Positions 47,280 through 59,389 of a stretch of DNA of 64,000 bases are shown here, one piece after another. Position 1 is the first letter of the stretch. Every line of letters begins with the position of its first letter. The notes under the pieces were generated by a model. The model was not told the origin of the DNA, searched no databases, and saw only the letters and a program-made list of their open reading frames with translations. The DNA lies in contig MU004188.1 in NCBI GenBank assembly GCA_010093605.1, forward strand, positions 809,673 through 873,672, given 5' to 3'. Made by a program: the position numbers and the translations under genes. The stretch comes from Lophium mytilinum (taxonomy: Eukaryota).

Positions 47280-48961
47280 GTTGCGTATGCATGAGAGGTG
47301 ATTTTAGAAGGTAAGAGATGGGAAGTGGGAAAGGCAGTCTGTATTAATGCTGTCGTGGTTGGTCGAAATGTCACTGAGGTTATTCTTGGGCCCGGGCGCT
47401 AGATCACTTGAAGCTAAGCGGCATACGTTGTCTCATTTACACAGTATATTGTTACAGATCGGTTTGTAATATGCCATCCGGATACTTCTTGCTGTCCCTT
47501 AAGCATGGTAAATACTCTTAACACATAGCCTATGAGAAGGACTTGACCGCGGATTATATTGAGTGCACCTCGGCTCGAAGTATTAATCTTGGCGGTGATA
47601 GAGTAGAAAATGGTCTTGACTATAGGAGGACGGAGAGCAATTGGAAGTAGACAAAAGGGGAATGCGTTGATATGTATCATGCCTGCTAATGAGCTTATCC
47701 TGGAACGTCTCCGTCGAAGAATAGATCAAAATAAAATTCACAAAGTGGATTTGAAAGGGCGTACATCGACCAAAATTCCATTCGCCAAGCAGAGTCAGGG
47801 GGGAGTAACAAATATCATTAGAATTAAGCAGTATAGTCCGGACTTCCATTCCCAATTTCCCAGTCCTAACCCAAGCCCGCCAGCCCAGCGGGCGGCCCAA
47901 TGCAATCTGCACCCCATGTGGTGGTCAAACCCGGAGACCCGCGTAGAAAAAATCGCACCCACAGCCAACCTAATTTGAAGAGTAGCAAGCAAAACTAATG
48001 AAAAGTGTCGATTCAAATCCACGCTCAGTGCCGCCTGCATGCATATACGCGCTGTGACAAATCACCGCCCATCTGCATCCACGAACCAAGCCGCCGACTA
48101 AATCAAACAGCGGTGAAAAACGTAAGAGAGGATCACCAGCACCGCCAATGCGACCGAGTCAACCACCTAGAGAGAGACTCTCATAGGCACCATCCAGAGC
48201 GAGAGTGCACCGCGACCAATGAGAACAAAACAAAAGCCAACGAGAATGTCTATGCAATGCAGACCCCAACGAGCACACAGACCTCTCCAGAAGAACAAAT
48301 CGGAACGCAGCAAGAGCTTAGATCGAGCGAATAGTATGCATAGGGAAGAACAAGCTAGGAGATGCGGCACGAAAACCGAGCGGTGTAGTGCATGTGCAAA
48401 TCAGAAACGAAAAAGCAAATTTCCAAATCCAGTTGGCCCAATCATTCCATGCATTCATTTGCTCCATTTCCATGCCAAGACATATTTCGAAAGGCGTGAC
48501 GGCGTGTTCCGTCCTCATTCCAAATTGGATGTTGATTGCTTGATCCTCGTTCGTTCTCTGTTTCATTCGTTGATGCGCGGGGATTGGAGAGGAGAGGGTG
48601 CAGCAAGCAAATGAGAGTTCCAGGGCGCAGACAACCAAAATGCAGTGCTCGCCCTTACAAAGCCAAAATCATGAAAGACACCCATGCAACGATGCAGGCG
48701 AACGTGACGTAGGAAATCGGGCGATTAAGATTTACCGAGAACTGAATAATGTTGAAGCATTCCAACAAACCAAGGCGGGTGTGTGCATAGTGTACAGGGT
48801 ATGGAGAAGGAAATATAAAAGGAAGCAATTCAAGAGAGGGGAACTAATGAACGAAGCCTCGAGATCGTGCTTGGTACGAAGCGTAGACACCGTCAGTCTG
48901 TGCGAGTGCGGTATAGCGGTCGACGGTCTACTAGTGGAGTCTGCATGCGAGATCCTGCCTC

Positions 48962-51188
48962 TCAGAAGGCCTGCCATCCTTGCTGTGGCCCAGGAGGAGC
49001 AGGCGCCCACCCTTGCATTCCAGGCTGTTGCGCTGCCGTGCTTTGATGCATGAACTGCTGCGGGCTGGGACTCGGATTGTATGGATTCCGGCCCATCGGG
49101 TAGCCTTGACCGCCCATTTGCCCCATTGTGGCGTATTGCTGCATCGGTGTGCCATGCATGGAGCCGCTGCTCTGTGAATGGTGCAGTTGGGGGGGAGCAT
49201 GCAGTGGCGATTGCTGGGGATGTTGAGACTGCTGTGCATATTGCTGCATGTTGTGGTGTTGCGAAAGCGGCGATGGCTGAGGTTGACCAGGAGGCCACAT
49301 CTGACCTTGCGAGTATCCGTAGCCTGGCTGGCTGTGAGCACCAGGGCCCATTCCAATACTGGGAGAACGATGGTGCATCTGGTCTGGCCTTAGCGGCTGA
49401 TGCATTGCACGGATCGGAGATTGCACCATCGGGTTTTGTGGATGTGGTTGTTGAGAGTAGGATTGTGGTGTCATCATCTGTGACTGGCTTTGTGGTGTGT
49501 GAGCGACCATGTTGTGCTGCCCGGCACCAACGGCCGTAACACTGGACGACATGTGTGGAGAAGCGACTGCTTGCGACACTTGAGGAATGCCGTCGCCATC
49601 GACCGTGCCTTGGCGATGCGGGGAGTCGATGGGACCCTCGTGCGGTCGTTTCCAGTAGTCATTCAGATATCGTTCGCGGTTCGAGCGTTGGGCTCCCAGC
49701 TGCTTATTAAATTCAGCAGTTTGCGCAGCTTGATTTAAGATCTCAGTTGAGGTGCTGGGCCGGGAGTGATCCTGATAGGCAGCTCCAGATATTTCGTGGC
49801 GCGGCCGTTGCACGTTGCCGTAGTCTCTCGGACGAAGATCGTCCGTTGGAGCAAGGTTAATCATCGGAAGAGGAGCCAAAGTTGCTGGGTTGATTCCTCC
49901 GATGCCGTGATTGAGGTCGGTCGGGCCGTTGCTGTAGATGATTTCACCGTGAGGAAGTGAGGTGAGAGAGTGGTTCGCGTGGCTGGCTTCGGCTGCCGCT
50001 GCCTCTCGTGCTTTAGCTGCTCCTGGGCGTTTCTCTCCAGCTGCGTCCTCTTCGGTAAAGCCTTGCTTCCTGGCCTTGCTTTCCCAGTAGTCGTCGCGCA
50101 CGCGTCTTCCGTTGACGATGAGCCTGCTTCCGAATTGCCGGAACATAGACCTGGCGGTTACGATAGCAATCTGTCGCGATCTGTAAGAGTACGGAAGAAT
50201 CTCCTGGTGTATCAGATCGTCCTTCTCTGCCTGCGTGGCAATAATCTTGTGCAGTGATCTGTTCTTGTTGAAGAGCAGATAAGAGTCACGATAGCCCAGA
50301 ACACGCGCGCACTCGGTCGCAAGCATAAACAGCTTATCGCCTCTGTTCGGAACGAAGAACGTCCGACACCGATACTCACGACCGTCAAGAGGATGACCAG
50401 TCCCAGTAACCTTCTTCTCACCTTGCTCGTCGAACTCGCGCGGAATATACTCGTCCCCCTCGGCGTTCAACTGGTCTGTGGTGTGATCTCGAACCGTTGG
50501 CAGGGCCTTGATCACGGTGCCCTTCGTCGGGGTCGACTTCGTCGGCGACGCCTGCGGTGGCGATGCTTGCGGGAGCGGGGTGCTCTTCAGCTGTGGTGTT
50601 TGCACAGGGGCGGGAGCCGTCTGGGACGGTGTTTGCGGCGGCTGTGCTGATGAGCGCGGACTCTCGGACACCTTTGTCTTTGGTGGCCTACCGCGCTTTC
50701 GCGGTTTCGACTCATCTGTGACGTTGCGCGTTAGCCGCCGCTCGTCCTAGGCTGGCCTGCATGCTGCAGGTAGCCGTGGAGACGCAGAAAAAAAATACCT
50801 TCATCTCCCCGTTCACTTCCGGCCACATCGTAGGTATCTGGCGATCGGCTGCGCTTGATGCCGCGAGGGCTGGCTTGGGGGGCAGTCGGCGGGGGTGCGC
50901 CGGCGAGGACTCCTGCAGAAAAGTGGTCGCGTTAGCAGCATTCATGACTTTAATATTGCAGGGAGACCTTCTTCACGATAGCGCGACGGTCGTCGGATGG
51001 AATTTGAGATGGAAAACTCGCTCCGCGTTCGGCGCAGTGGTCTTATGGCAGATGGAGGGGATGAGGTGAGGGAGCTTACCAGACGAGTTCAACGCGGCGG
51101 GGTTAATGGTCCCGGAGCCATCCATGATGCCGTTCCCAATGCCACCATTCGCCAGAGCCGAAACGGGATGCGACATGGAGGAGTACAT
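48962..51188 (-). CDS. NPL6: RSC/SWI-SNF chromatin-remodelling subunit (Npl6/Rsc7/Swp82 family), 3 exons
   Basis: GTINPAALNS, SPRGIKRSRSPD, AT-hook KRGRPPK, CRC-subunit core LFMLATECARVLGYRDSYLLFNKN...ARSMFRQFGSRLIVNGRRVRDDYWE; Gln/Pro/His-rich tail. Confidence 0.9.
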
Positions 51189-54100
51189 GCCAGTGCGGAG
51201 CGGGCCTCGGTGCAGACTGCGCTGGGCAGAGCACAACCAGGCTGGTGGTGTCGGGCGCGAGGGCTTCGGGGCGTCACGGCGGCGCGCAAGGAGGAGCAAT
51301 GGCGGAGGCGACGATGGCGGTTGGTGGCATGCGGCGGCGATGACTTGGGTGTGGTGCGGTGTGTGTGGTTGAGGTTGACGCGCTCCGTCGAAGCCGCGGA
51401 GGTTGCCAGTGCACGATCCGCGGGTGGGTCTTTGCAGGCGGTCGAATCTGCTGCCCCGTAGGTACCGAGATCTGAGGCGGACCCTGGACGCTTTGCACTG
51501 CGCTGAGAGGCGGCGCCGTGTGCGCTGTTGCTGCAGACGGCGGGAGAGAGGCCGTGGAGGTGGGAGGAGGTGGATGCCGACTATGCAAGGGAAGGCGTGC
51601 CACAAGGACGGCGCGATGACGACCCACCTGGGCACTCGCAGCACTCGCTCAGCACGCTCAACACCACGAGCGACTTGTGCAGGGCACTGCGCAACAAGCT
51701 GGCCACAGCACCACGGCCAGCGGACAGGCCAGTGGGGTCCGGCAGTGATGCCAGCGAGGATGGACCCGCGAGATGCAATGCGATGCGCGACGAGACGAGA
51801 GGGCGGAGAGGTGCAGGTGTGCGGGAGGAGGGGCGGGCCGTGGAAATACAGCAGTGGTCAGTGGTGGAGGAGCGCGATACGACACCCTGGGGCAATCTGG
51901 AATGTGCGTGATGACTCCGCTGGGTCTTCCACCCTCGGGTCTGGGCGAAGGCGGGCTTCAGGGTCGTCCCGTCGAGTGTGGATGCTGGGCCGTGGGCGTG
52001 GCAGCTGGATACAAGGCCCGACAGCTGCAAGATAGCCGTGACAACCTGGACGCCCGGGTTGAATGAGAGCCAGAGGAAGCGCTCCGACGCGCGCGAACTG
52101 GTGGAGGGCGCCGTGGTCCCGCAGTGTTGCCTCAAGCTGAGTGGATCGCTGTCGTCCACGAGTCGGAGGCGAGGAGCAGGACGAGGAGGCGTGGAGACGT
52201 TTGTCGAGCGGATGCCGTCGTCGGTGGCTTCGAGGCTGGCTTCTTCCGCGCGGCGACTGACGTTGTCGGCGCAGGCTGGGGCTCTGGGGAGTGCAAAACG
52301 CCCTGCTGGGCTGGGGCGAGTGTCGATGCTCGTGTATGGTCGTGGTCGCAACGCGGGCCTGGGTTCACGGAATGCAGTGTCCAGGACTCCCAAACGGCGA
52401 TCGGCTGCGGGAAGGCGAGCAAATGGGCGGCTGCTGCTGAGGATGGTGGGCCGGTGCGGTTGCGTGCAGCAGCGGCACGGCCAAAGGAAAGCTCTGGGGT
52501 TGGTGTGGGCTAACTCTGTTCGCAAGGGCAAAAGCTGGGGATGTCTGTGGGCGGCGTGGCTTAAAGCATTATTCGACAAGCAGAGGGCAGCGCGAGACGC
52601 GCATATGACCTGCATATGGGCAAGCAGCGCCCGTATCCGACGCGGCCTCCCACTCCTGTCCTATTATCTGCTATCTACCGCCCGAGCCTCAGTGCAGTTG
52701 GTCTCCCCAAGCGGCTCCGACGCGACCGGTGTCTATGGCTGTCTAGGGTGTCGTCGCCCGCCTCTTTTGCAGGGAGTTTGTCCATCTGGACATGTCCGCC
52801 AGGGCCGCGTCGGGGGTCTCCTCCAGGGTCCCTCCTCCAGGCCTCTCCTCCAGGCGCTCTCGGCTGCAATGCCCGCCAGCCCAGCTCCGCAGGGTGCGTC
52901 TGCTGGCCACCACTCACAGGGCGTCGGCAGGCTGATTGAGCAAAGCTGGGGAAAAGAGGGGCGTCGTTCGATCGAATCACAGGCGGCAGATGGCGTAAGC
53001 GTGCCGTCGCGCTGCCTCTATCGCGACCACATCGTCTGACTGCTGCTCTGCTTCTAGCCCGCGCGCGCCGTCCTGGCGGAATCGAGGTGCATTGCCGCAG
53101 CATCCGGAAAGGGCCCTGGACAGCTGCTCTCACGAAGTCATCGAATGCGTGCCCGAAGCAGCTGCCTGCTCGTATTGTGCGCGAGGCCATGCGCCGATCG
53201 CTGTGAAAGCGGCAATCTTCCATCCTTTCCGTCGCCGCTGGCTGGGGGCGCAGACGAGACTCTCCCGGCTGTGCCCGTGCTGCAACTCGATCTGCGCGCC
53301 ATCCTGGTAGCAGTGTCCATCTTGCACTTGCATCGCGTCGTCGACGCCGTCGACGCTCGGGCGTGGAACGCCATGCCAAAACACTACCACCGTGCCCTGT
53401 CCTCTTCACCGCCGACCGTCCGTCTCCGCGGCGCCAGCAGTAGGCAGTAACAGAGCGCCCTCGCTGGCTGGAGTTGCGTCCGCACAAATACCCCATCGTG
53501 GGCGAGCCCAATGGCGTCTTGCGGTCAGGAATGCTGAAGTTGTCGTCGCCAAAGACGGCTGGAAGCGTCAGGGTGCAGAGGATGATGCAGCTGGTGCGGC
53601 GCATCTCTTTGACGACGGCAAGCTAGGGCCCGCCGCCCCACGCGTGTGCTACGGGGCTGCTGTCTCAGGACCGACTTCTGTCATCTGCCTCACCTGCAGG
53701 GTCTGTAGCACTCCAATCGCCGCCTCCTCTGCGCCACGCTGCTATCGCGGTCCGTAACGCGCTCACGGACTTCTGGAATGCCATCATGCCGGGAGCCATC
53801 GCCGACTGGCCCCAGCAGGCGTCCTCGTGACTGATGTCGTGCGATAAGGTCGCACTTCGAACGGCAGCACCAGGGTTAGGCTAGATAGCCACTGTGGCTA
53901 GAGCTTATGCTATGCTAGGGCGGCACAGATATTGGCTGCGAAAGCTATCGCCAACGGCCGCGCCGCTAGTTGGAAGCAGCTAGAGGCCGCCGCGAGCGGG
54001 CCTCGACGGAACGAGGGAGGTCTAGCATTGACGAGCCTACCCTGTGTAGCCCTTGGACCCCGTGAAGTGCCTCTCAGAGCAGTAGGAGAAATTCGACGAT

Positions 54101-56312
54101 CGACGGATTCGTTCAAAATAGACCAGATAGATAGATGAAACATTGAAACAGGAAGGTTGAAAAACCGCCAAGCGCGAACATCATGAACATACCATACCGG
54201 GTCAAGATTGAACGAGTGCTATGCGCAGCCTGCTGAGCGTGCGTATGCTTAATGACGGAGCATGTGATTGGCATGATGAGTGGAGCCGCGCCAGGATTAC
54301 TTCGGGCATTATTGAATGCTGATATGGTTGCCCCGGAACAGGACCGACGTCAACTCTGCCAGTGCGATGAGCCTCGACTTGTCCACGATCCTTCCAGTAC
54401 TAGACCCTGAGTCTGAGTACATTGTGCTCTGCTTGGGTGCCATTCTTGATTGCTGAACAGCGCTACAAAGAGCCGCTGCGTCAATCAAAGTGTTCGAAAA
54501 TGAGCTTAGAGTTAGGTGCATCCCTTTTACCTCCAGTCTCAATTCTTGAATCCTATGCCGCAACCCCAAGCAGCAACAACCGAGAGTGCACAGTCCTCCG
54601 GTAAGGCACTGTAGCGCCCTCACACTGCTCCACTTGCTAGCGTGCTCTTCCAGGGTATCAAAATAACGGTCATCTGACTACTGCAACAGGCGTCTATCTA
54701 GCTAGTGAGCCAGAGCTTCGGAAACGACGCCGACTGTCACCCTAGATAGACTCCACTGCCAACTCTGCCTTGGATGAAACACGGCGGCATTCATGAAAAG
54801 TTGGTCTAGTGGGTGCCTTCTACCGTGTGATGCAGTTTCAAAGAGTCCGAAGCTGTGGATCAGATGCTTGGCAGCACCCTTGAGTGTTCGATTAAGAAGA
54901 ACTGCGTCCTATTAGCACATCTCGAAGGGTCCAAGACACACTTTCCCAGTCGTCAGGCCGCTAGTGTATGGTGCGGCGCGCCTAGTCGCACAACTTGAGC
55001 GGTGAACAGTCTGTTTTGACCGCTAAGTTCCGACCTCGAAGCTCTCCAGCGCTGACTGGGGCAATGGTAAGGGCCTCGAGCATATGCAGGGTTTGAGGGT
55101 ATGCATTCGGCACGCCTCGATCGTCGTAAAGATATGTGAAGACTAGACACACTTCGTCCTCTTTGTTGTCTTGTGGCACTTGAGAAGGATCGAGGAGGGA
55201 CGCCGTTCTACGGCTTAGTCCAACGGCGGTTAGCAACACCCAAGCTTCGTCAATGGTCGCATCTGTGCAGCGGCAGCGTCAGTCAGTTCCAGCATGTCCT
55301 ATCATAGGATACAGCATTGACCCGTTCTAGAGGAGCCATCGCCGAGATGCTTGATGAAGCCTTTCTCCATCGATACCTACCCAAACGTATACATTGTGGG
55401 GCCATTAATGAGTCTTGACGTAGCTGATTCAACACTTACTTTTGGGCGCCTCTTGAATTCCCCGCTATGCACCTAGCGCCCGCTTTCGATCGAAGAGAGC
55501 TAGACATTTAGCCGTGCTACGGCCCACATAGCTTCGATGATTTTTGCAGAGCGGCCCAGACACAGCCCCCAAGCCAGGCTAGTATAGTCCAATCACAGTT
55601 TCAAGGCGTATGTGCAGCAAAGCAGGTTACTGTTGCAGTAAGAATGCCTTGACTGATCAGGAGGTCCGCTGGGACGAGTCAAGGTTGGGGGCAATTTCCT
55701 GATCATATGATTACTGACTGTTCGATTGGATGAGTCGAGCCCATGCAAAACTGAGTAGCCTAGAGAGCAACAAACATCCATTCCATTCGTTGATGGCGTA
55801 TATTAGCCTCTGCTGATAAGAACAGGGGTTCGAAAGGAAAGGCTGTTATCAAGTGGATGCTTCCAATTGAGCGGTCAGACTTCGACGTCGGTTGAGCAGA
55901 TTTCAGTAGTCCACACTGAAGGTATTAGCAGGCAAACGGTTCCGCACAAATTAGATACCATCACGTCTCGAAAAGATTCGTGTGTACTTTTCCATTGTTC
56001 TCCGCGTAGTATTGAACTTGGCTATGCGCCTCAGTTTCTATGCTGACCTCCGGATAAGCTGAGCCTGTGTGAGAATCGACCAGCCCTTTGGTCTATCAGT
56101 ACGAGGCTACAGTATATCCGCGAGCTTGAACATTACCTGGTGCCTAGATCCGTATGTCTCGCTATAACTCCGAACCCCAATACGCCATACATCTCCGATG
56201 CACCAATTCCAAGCCATCGACCGCCGAGCCAAGCCATGAAAGGCCAAGCAATAGCCAACCGCCGGGGAGAGAACATGGGCAGAGGGGTTGCTCCCGAATA
56301 CCGCGATCGAGA

Positions 56313-57076
56313 TCACCTCCTTGGACCCGACGGAGCAAGACCCGGGACGTTCGAGTACCGCTCATCACGCTCGGTCTTGAACAACACCTGTACCCAGAAC
56401 TCCTTGCTGTCCTCATCGAACCAAGTCCAGAATCGACCGTCCTTCCGGTCCACCTCCCTCGCCTGCAACTTGAATGAAATCGTCTCGTATGGTTCCGCAG
56501 CTATCAGGAGGAACTGCCAGTTCTTGTCTGGTTCCTCAATTTTCTGCTCAAACGCGCTCATGAACCTCACGCGAGGCGCATTTCCCGGGGGGAGCTCGGG
56601 AAACTGCATCTGGAACAGCAGCCCATTCTGGCGCGTAACCTGGTCGCGAATCTTCGTGACTTTGTAGCCCGGCCGTCCGATCTTGATCATGTTGCGGCGC
56701 ACCTGCACGTTCGGGAGCCCAGGTATGACACCATCGCGGTCTTTGCCTTCCTTCTGTTCCCGCGCTGCGCGGCGAGCAAGGTTTGTCTGGTGCTTGCGGC
56801 CCTGGGTATGGGCGAGATAAGAGCCATCGTTCTGGTGGACAGTCAGGCAGAGGCGGCACTCAAAGCTTCCGACGTGGTTCTTGAAGAAGTAAGGGTCCTT
56901 GTCGAGGTCGATCGTCTCGAGTGCGAGCTTGCGGAGGCGCTCACGGCGGTCCGCGTTCGTTGCAGATTGAGAGGCAACTCCTCCGCCGCCGAACTTCGAA
57001 CCCGCGCGATTCTAGACGTCGTGTTAGCATAACAGAAAGTAGTTGAAAGGAGCGGCGCACCTGCCTGGTAGTCCAT
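56313..57076 (-). CDS. PRP11: U2 snRNP splicing factor 3a subunit 2 (SF3a66/SAP62)
   Basis: MDYQ|NRAGSKFGGGGVAS, RRERLRKLALETIDLDKDPYFFKNH, zinc finger ECRLCLTVH..YLAHTQGRKH, KIGRPGYKVTK, AAEPYETI; in frame only with intron 57064-57012 (GC-AG). Confidence 0.93.
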
Positions 57077-57597
57077 GATTGTCTGTCGCGTTCACGTGGT
57101 AGGAGAGGAGGATGCGAGTGGAGGTTGATGTTGATGCGGAGTGCGTCTCTTCAAGTAGGTTCGAGGCGAATTATTGCAGGGGTCCATCATGATCACGTGA
57201 TATAAATCACAGCCTCCAACATTGGCCATTCACTATTCACCACATGAATGTTACCATCTAGAGTCGACTCGATGGCCGTTACTTATCATCTACTCAAAAT
57301 AGGCTTATCACTGGATTTCTTCTTAATTCCTCAAGTCGTGGGATTATATATTCTAAGGGGGAGCAAGGTCTCGTGCAATTCAAGTAGATTTTAGAGAGTG
57401 GATTCGGTAATCAGCATCAGAATTTTCGAACTGTACTAGATAAATAATAATTGCTCATGTTGTTAGAAACGAGGATTGAAAAGGGGTGAAGTGAAGAACA
57501 CAGGCAGCAGCAAAATTGGCACCAAATAACCCTGGGGGTGGCCTAAGCGTTTTTCAAACGTATATAGTTCGAAAATTTCCTAACCTCTCTCAGGTTA

Positions 57598-57621
57598 CAG
57601 TGGCACAGTGGCACAGTGGCA
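57598..57621. repeat. Short tandem repeat (CAGTGGCA)x3
   Basis: Read directly: cagtggcacagtggcacagtggca. Confidence 0.8.
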
Positions 57622-58091
57622 TGCTCTGGTGAGGACGACCTAGGTAAGAAGCGATTGTACCACCTGGGGCTCACTTGTCTTCACCACCACCGCGGTGGAT
57701 GTAACTATTTGCCCTTTTGGGTACCTTGAGTTTGAGTCTCGCTTGTGGCAACTTCTTTTCAATTTTGCTGCTTGATTGTCTGTGCCGTGTGTCAACGCTC
57801 GATTCATACCCTCGTCCACAATGTAAAACCCCGACCCTCCATGTCAGGTTTTTGATTCTGGCAGCTTTTCCGGTGTATTGAAGAGAATATATGGGAGCCA
57901 ATCCGCTCAGATCCAACTCTCCCTCACACTGATAAGTCCCCCTCGTGTAGAGCAATAGATCCTTGTCATCACAAGAGTCAAATTACGTACTAGTCCTACT
58001 CTTATCGTGGGTACTGTATCTCTGCATATTAGTGCACAGAAGCTGCATCATTTCTCTGCTGCTCTTGTTGTTGTTAGACTGGCTAGCTATC

Positions 58092-59208
58092 ATGGCCGAC
58101 ACTTTGAATATACCGAAACTTTTTGATGTCCGAGGCCGTGTGGCGCTAATCACTGGGGGAAGCAGTGGGATAGGGCTCATGGTCGCAAAGGTGCAATAAC
58201 CATTCCCCCACTTTAGCATTCACAGCCTGCTGATGACGGGGAATCTCACAGGCTATGGTGCAGAATGGCGTAAAGGTCTACATAACGGCACTGCCATCCG
58301 ACCCGATTCAAGAAACCGTACAGAGGCTGAACGAAATAGGCAAGTTATCAGGGGGTAGCGCAGAAGGGTGCGACATTGCTACGATGCGAGCGGTGATGAT
58401 TCCTAGCTAATGCGTGAATAGTTTCTCCTCAGATGTCTCCAGCAAAGATAGCATCGCGGAAATAGCAGAATACATCCAATCCCGGGAAAGCCATCTTGAC
58501 ATCCTGATATCAAACGCCGGAGTCAGGCGCGATCCACCGAAGCCTTGCGATCCGTTGACAGCTTCTCTGGAAGAACTCCAAGCCTCCTTATGGTCCTCAA
58601 GCCACGCGGATTGGGATGCAACATACCGTATCAACACTACCGCTCATTACTTCCTCAGCGTAGCGCTGTTACCGCTTCTGGTAGCGGCCGCGGAACTCGA
58701 TCTGCCCGGTGGACTCAAGGGGAAGGACGTTGGAAGAGGCGTCGTCGTGATCACTAGTAGCTGTGCCAGCATGCACAACTGCACCAACGTCGACCTGACT
58801 AGTTATGCGGCTTCCAAGGCCGCAACTGATCATCTAGTAGCCTTGCTGGCAAGCAAGTTTGCGCGGTGGTATGTCAGGGTGAATTCGATCAACCCAGGGT
58901 GTAAGTCGGGCTCATGTGCTAAAGCTACAGGATTGCTGACAGAGCGTAGTCGTACCAAGTAATATGAATCCTATTGGCGCGGAGGGGAACATGTTCGCTG
59001 CCCTTTTTGATAAGGTTCCAGCGAAAAGAGCTGGGAAGGCGGAGGATATTGCAGGGACTGTTCTTTATATATGCAGTCAAGCGGGAGTAAGACCTTGCAA
59101 ACGCCTTCGTTGGACATATGCTAACGTTCGATGCTTTAGGCGTATGTAGATGGTCGCTGCTTGTGCGTCGATGGAGGTCGGGTTTTGCTCGCCAATGGCC
59201 AAGAGTAG
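58092..59208 (+). CDS. Classical short-chain dehydrogenase/reductase, 5 exons
   Basis: ALITGGSSGIG (TGxxxGxG), LISNAG, catalytic YAASK, VRVNSINPG, VDGG. Confidence 0.93.
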
Positions 59209-59389
59209 ATCGATCATATCTGGGAAGGATTTTGAATAGAAATCATGCTCTCTGAAGATAGCTTTTTGGTCTTGAGAAGCTGTGATTTTTGGTCTTGGCT
59301 ATGCCGGACAGACAGGTTAGATCTCATCTACCCGAGATCATTATGTCCAGCAGGCGTCGACAATACGACTCCTTTCATATCAAGAGCGC

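Noticed and set aside
51403..53757. Long ORFs (210-353 aa) on both strands upstream of NPL6
   Set aside because: Non-ATG starts, Arg/Ala/Gly/Pro composition expected from high GC, and no motifs.
53900..56300. Possible decayed gene between NPL6 and SF3a2
   Set aside because: Only short ORFs with frequent stops; no recognisable domain or consistent exon structure.
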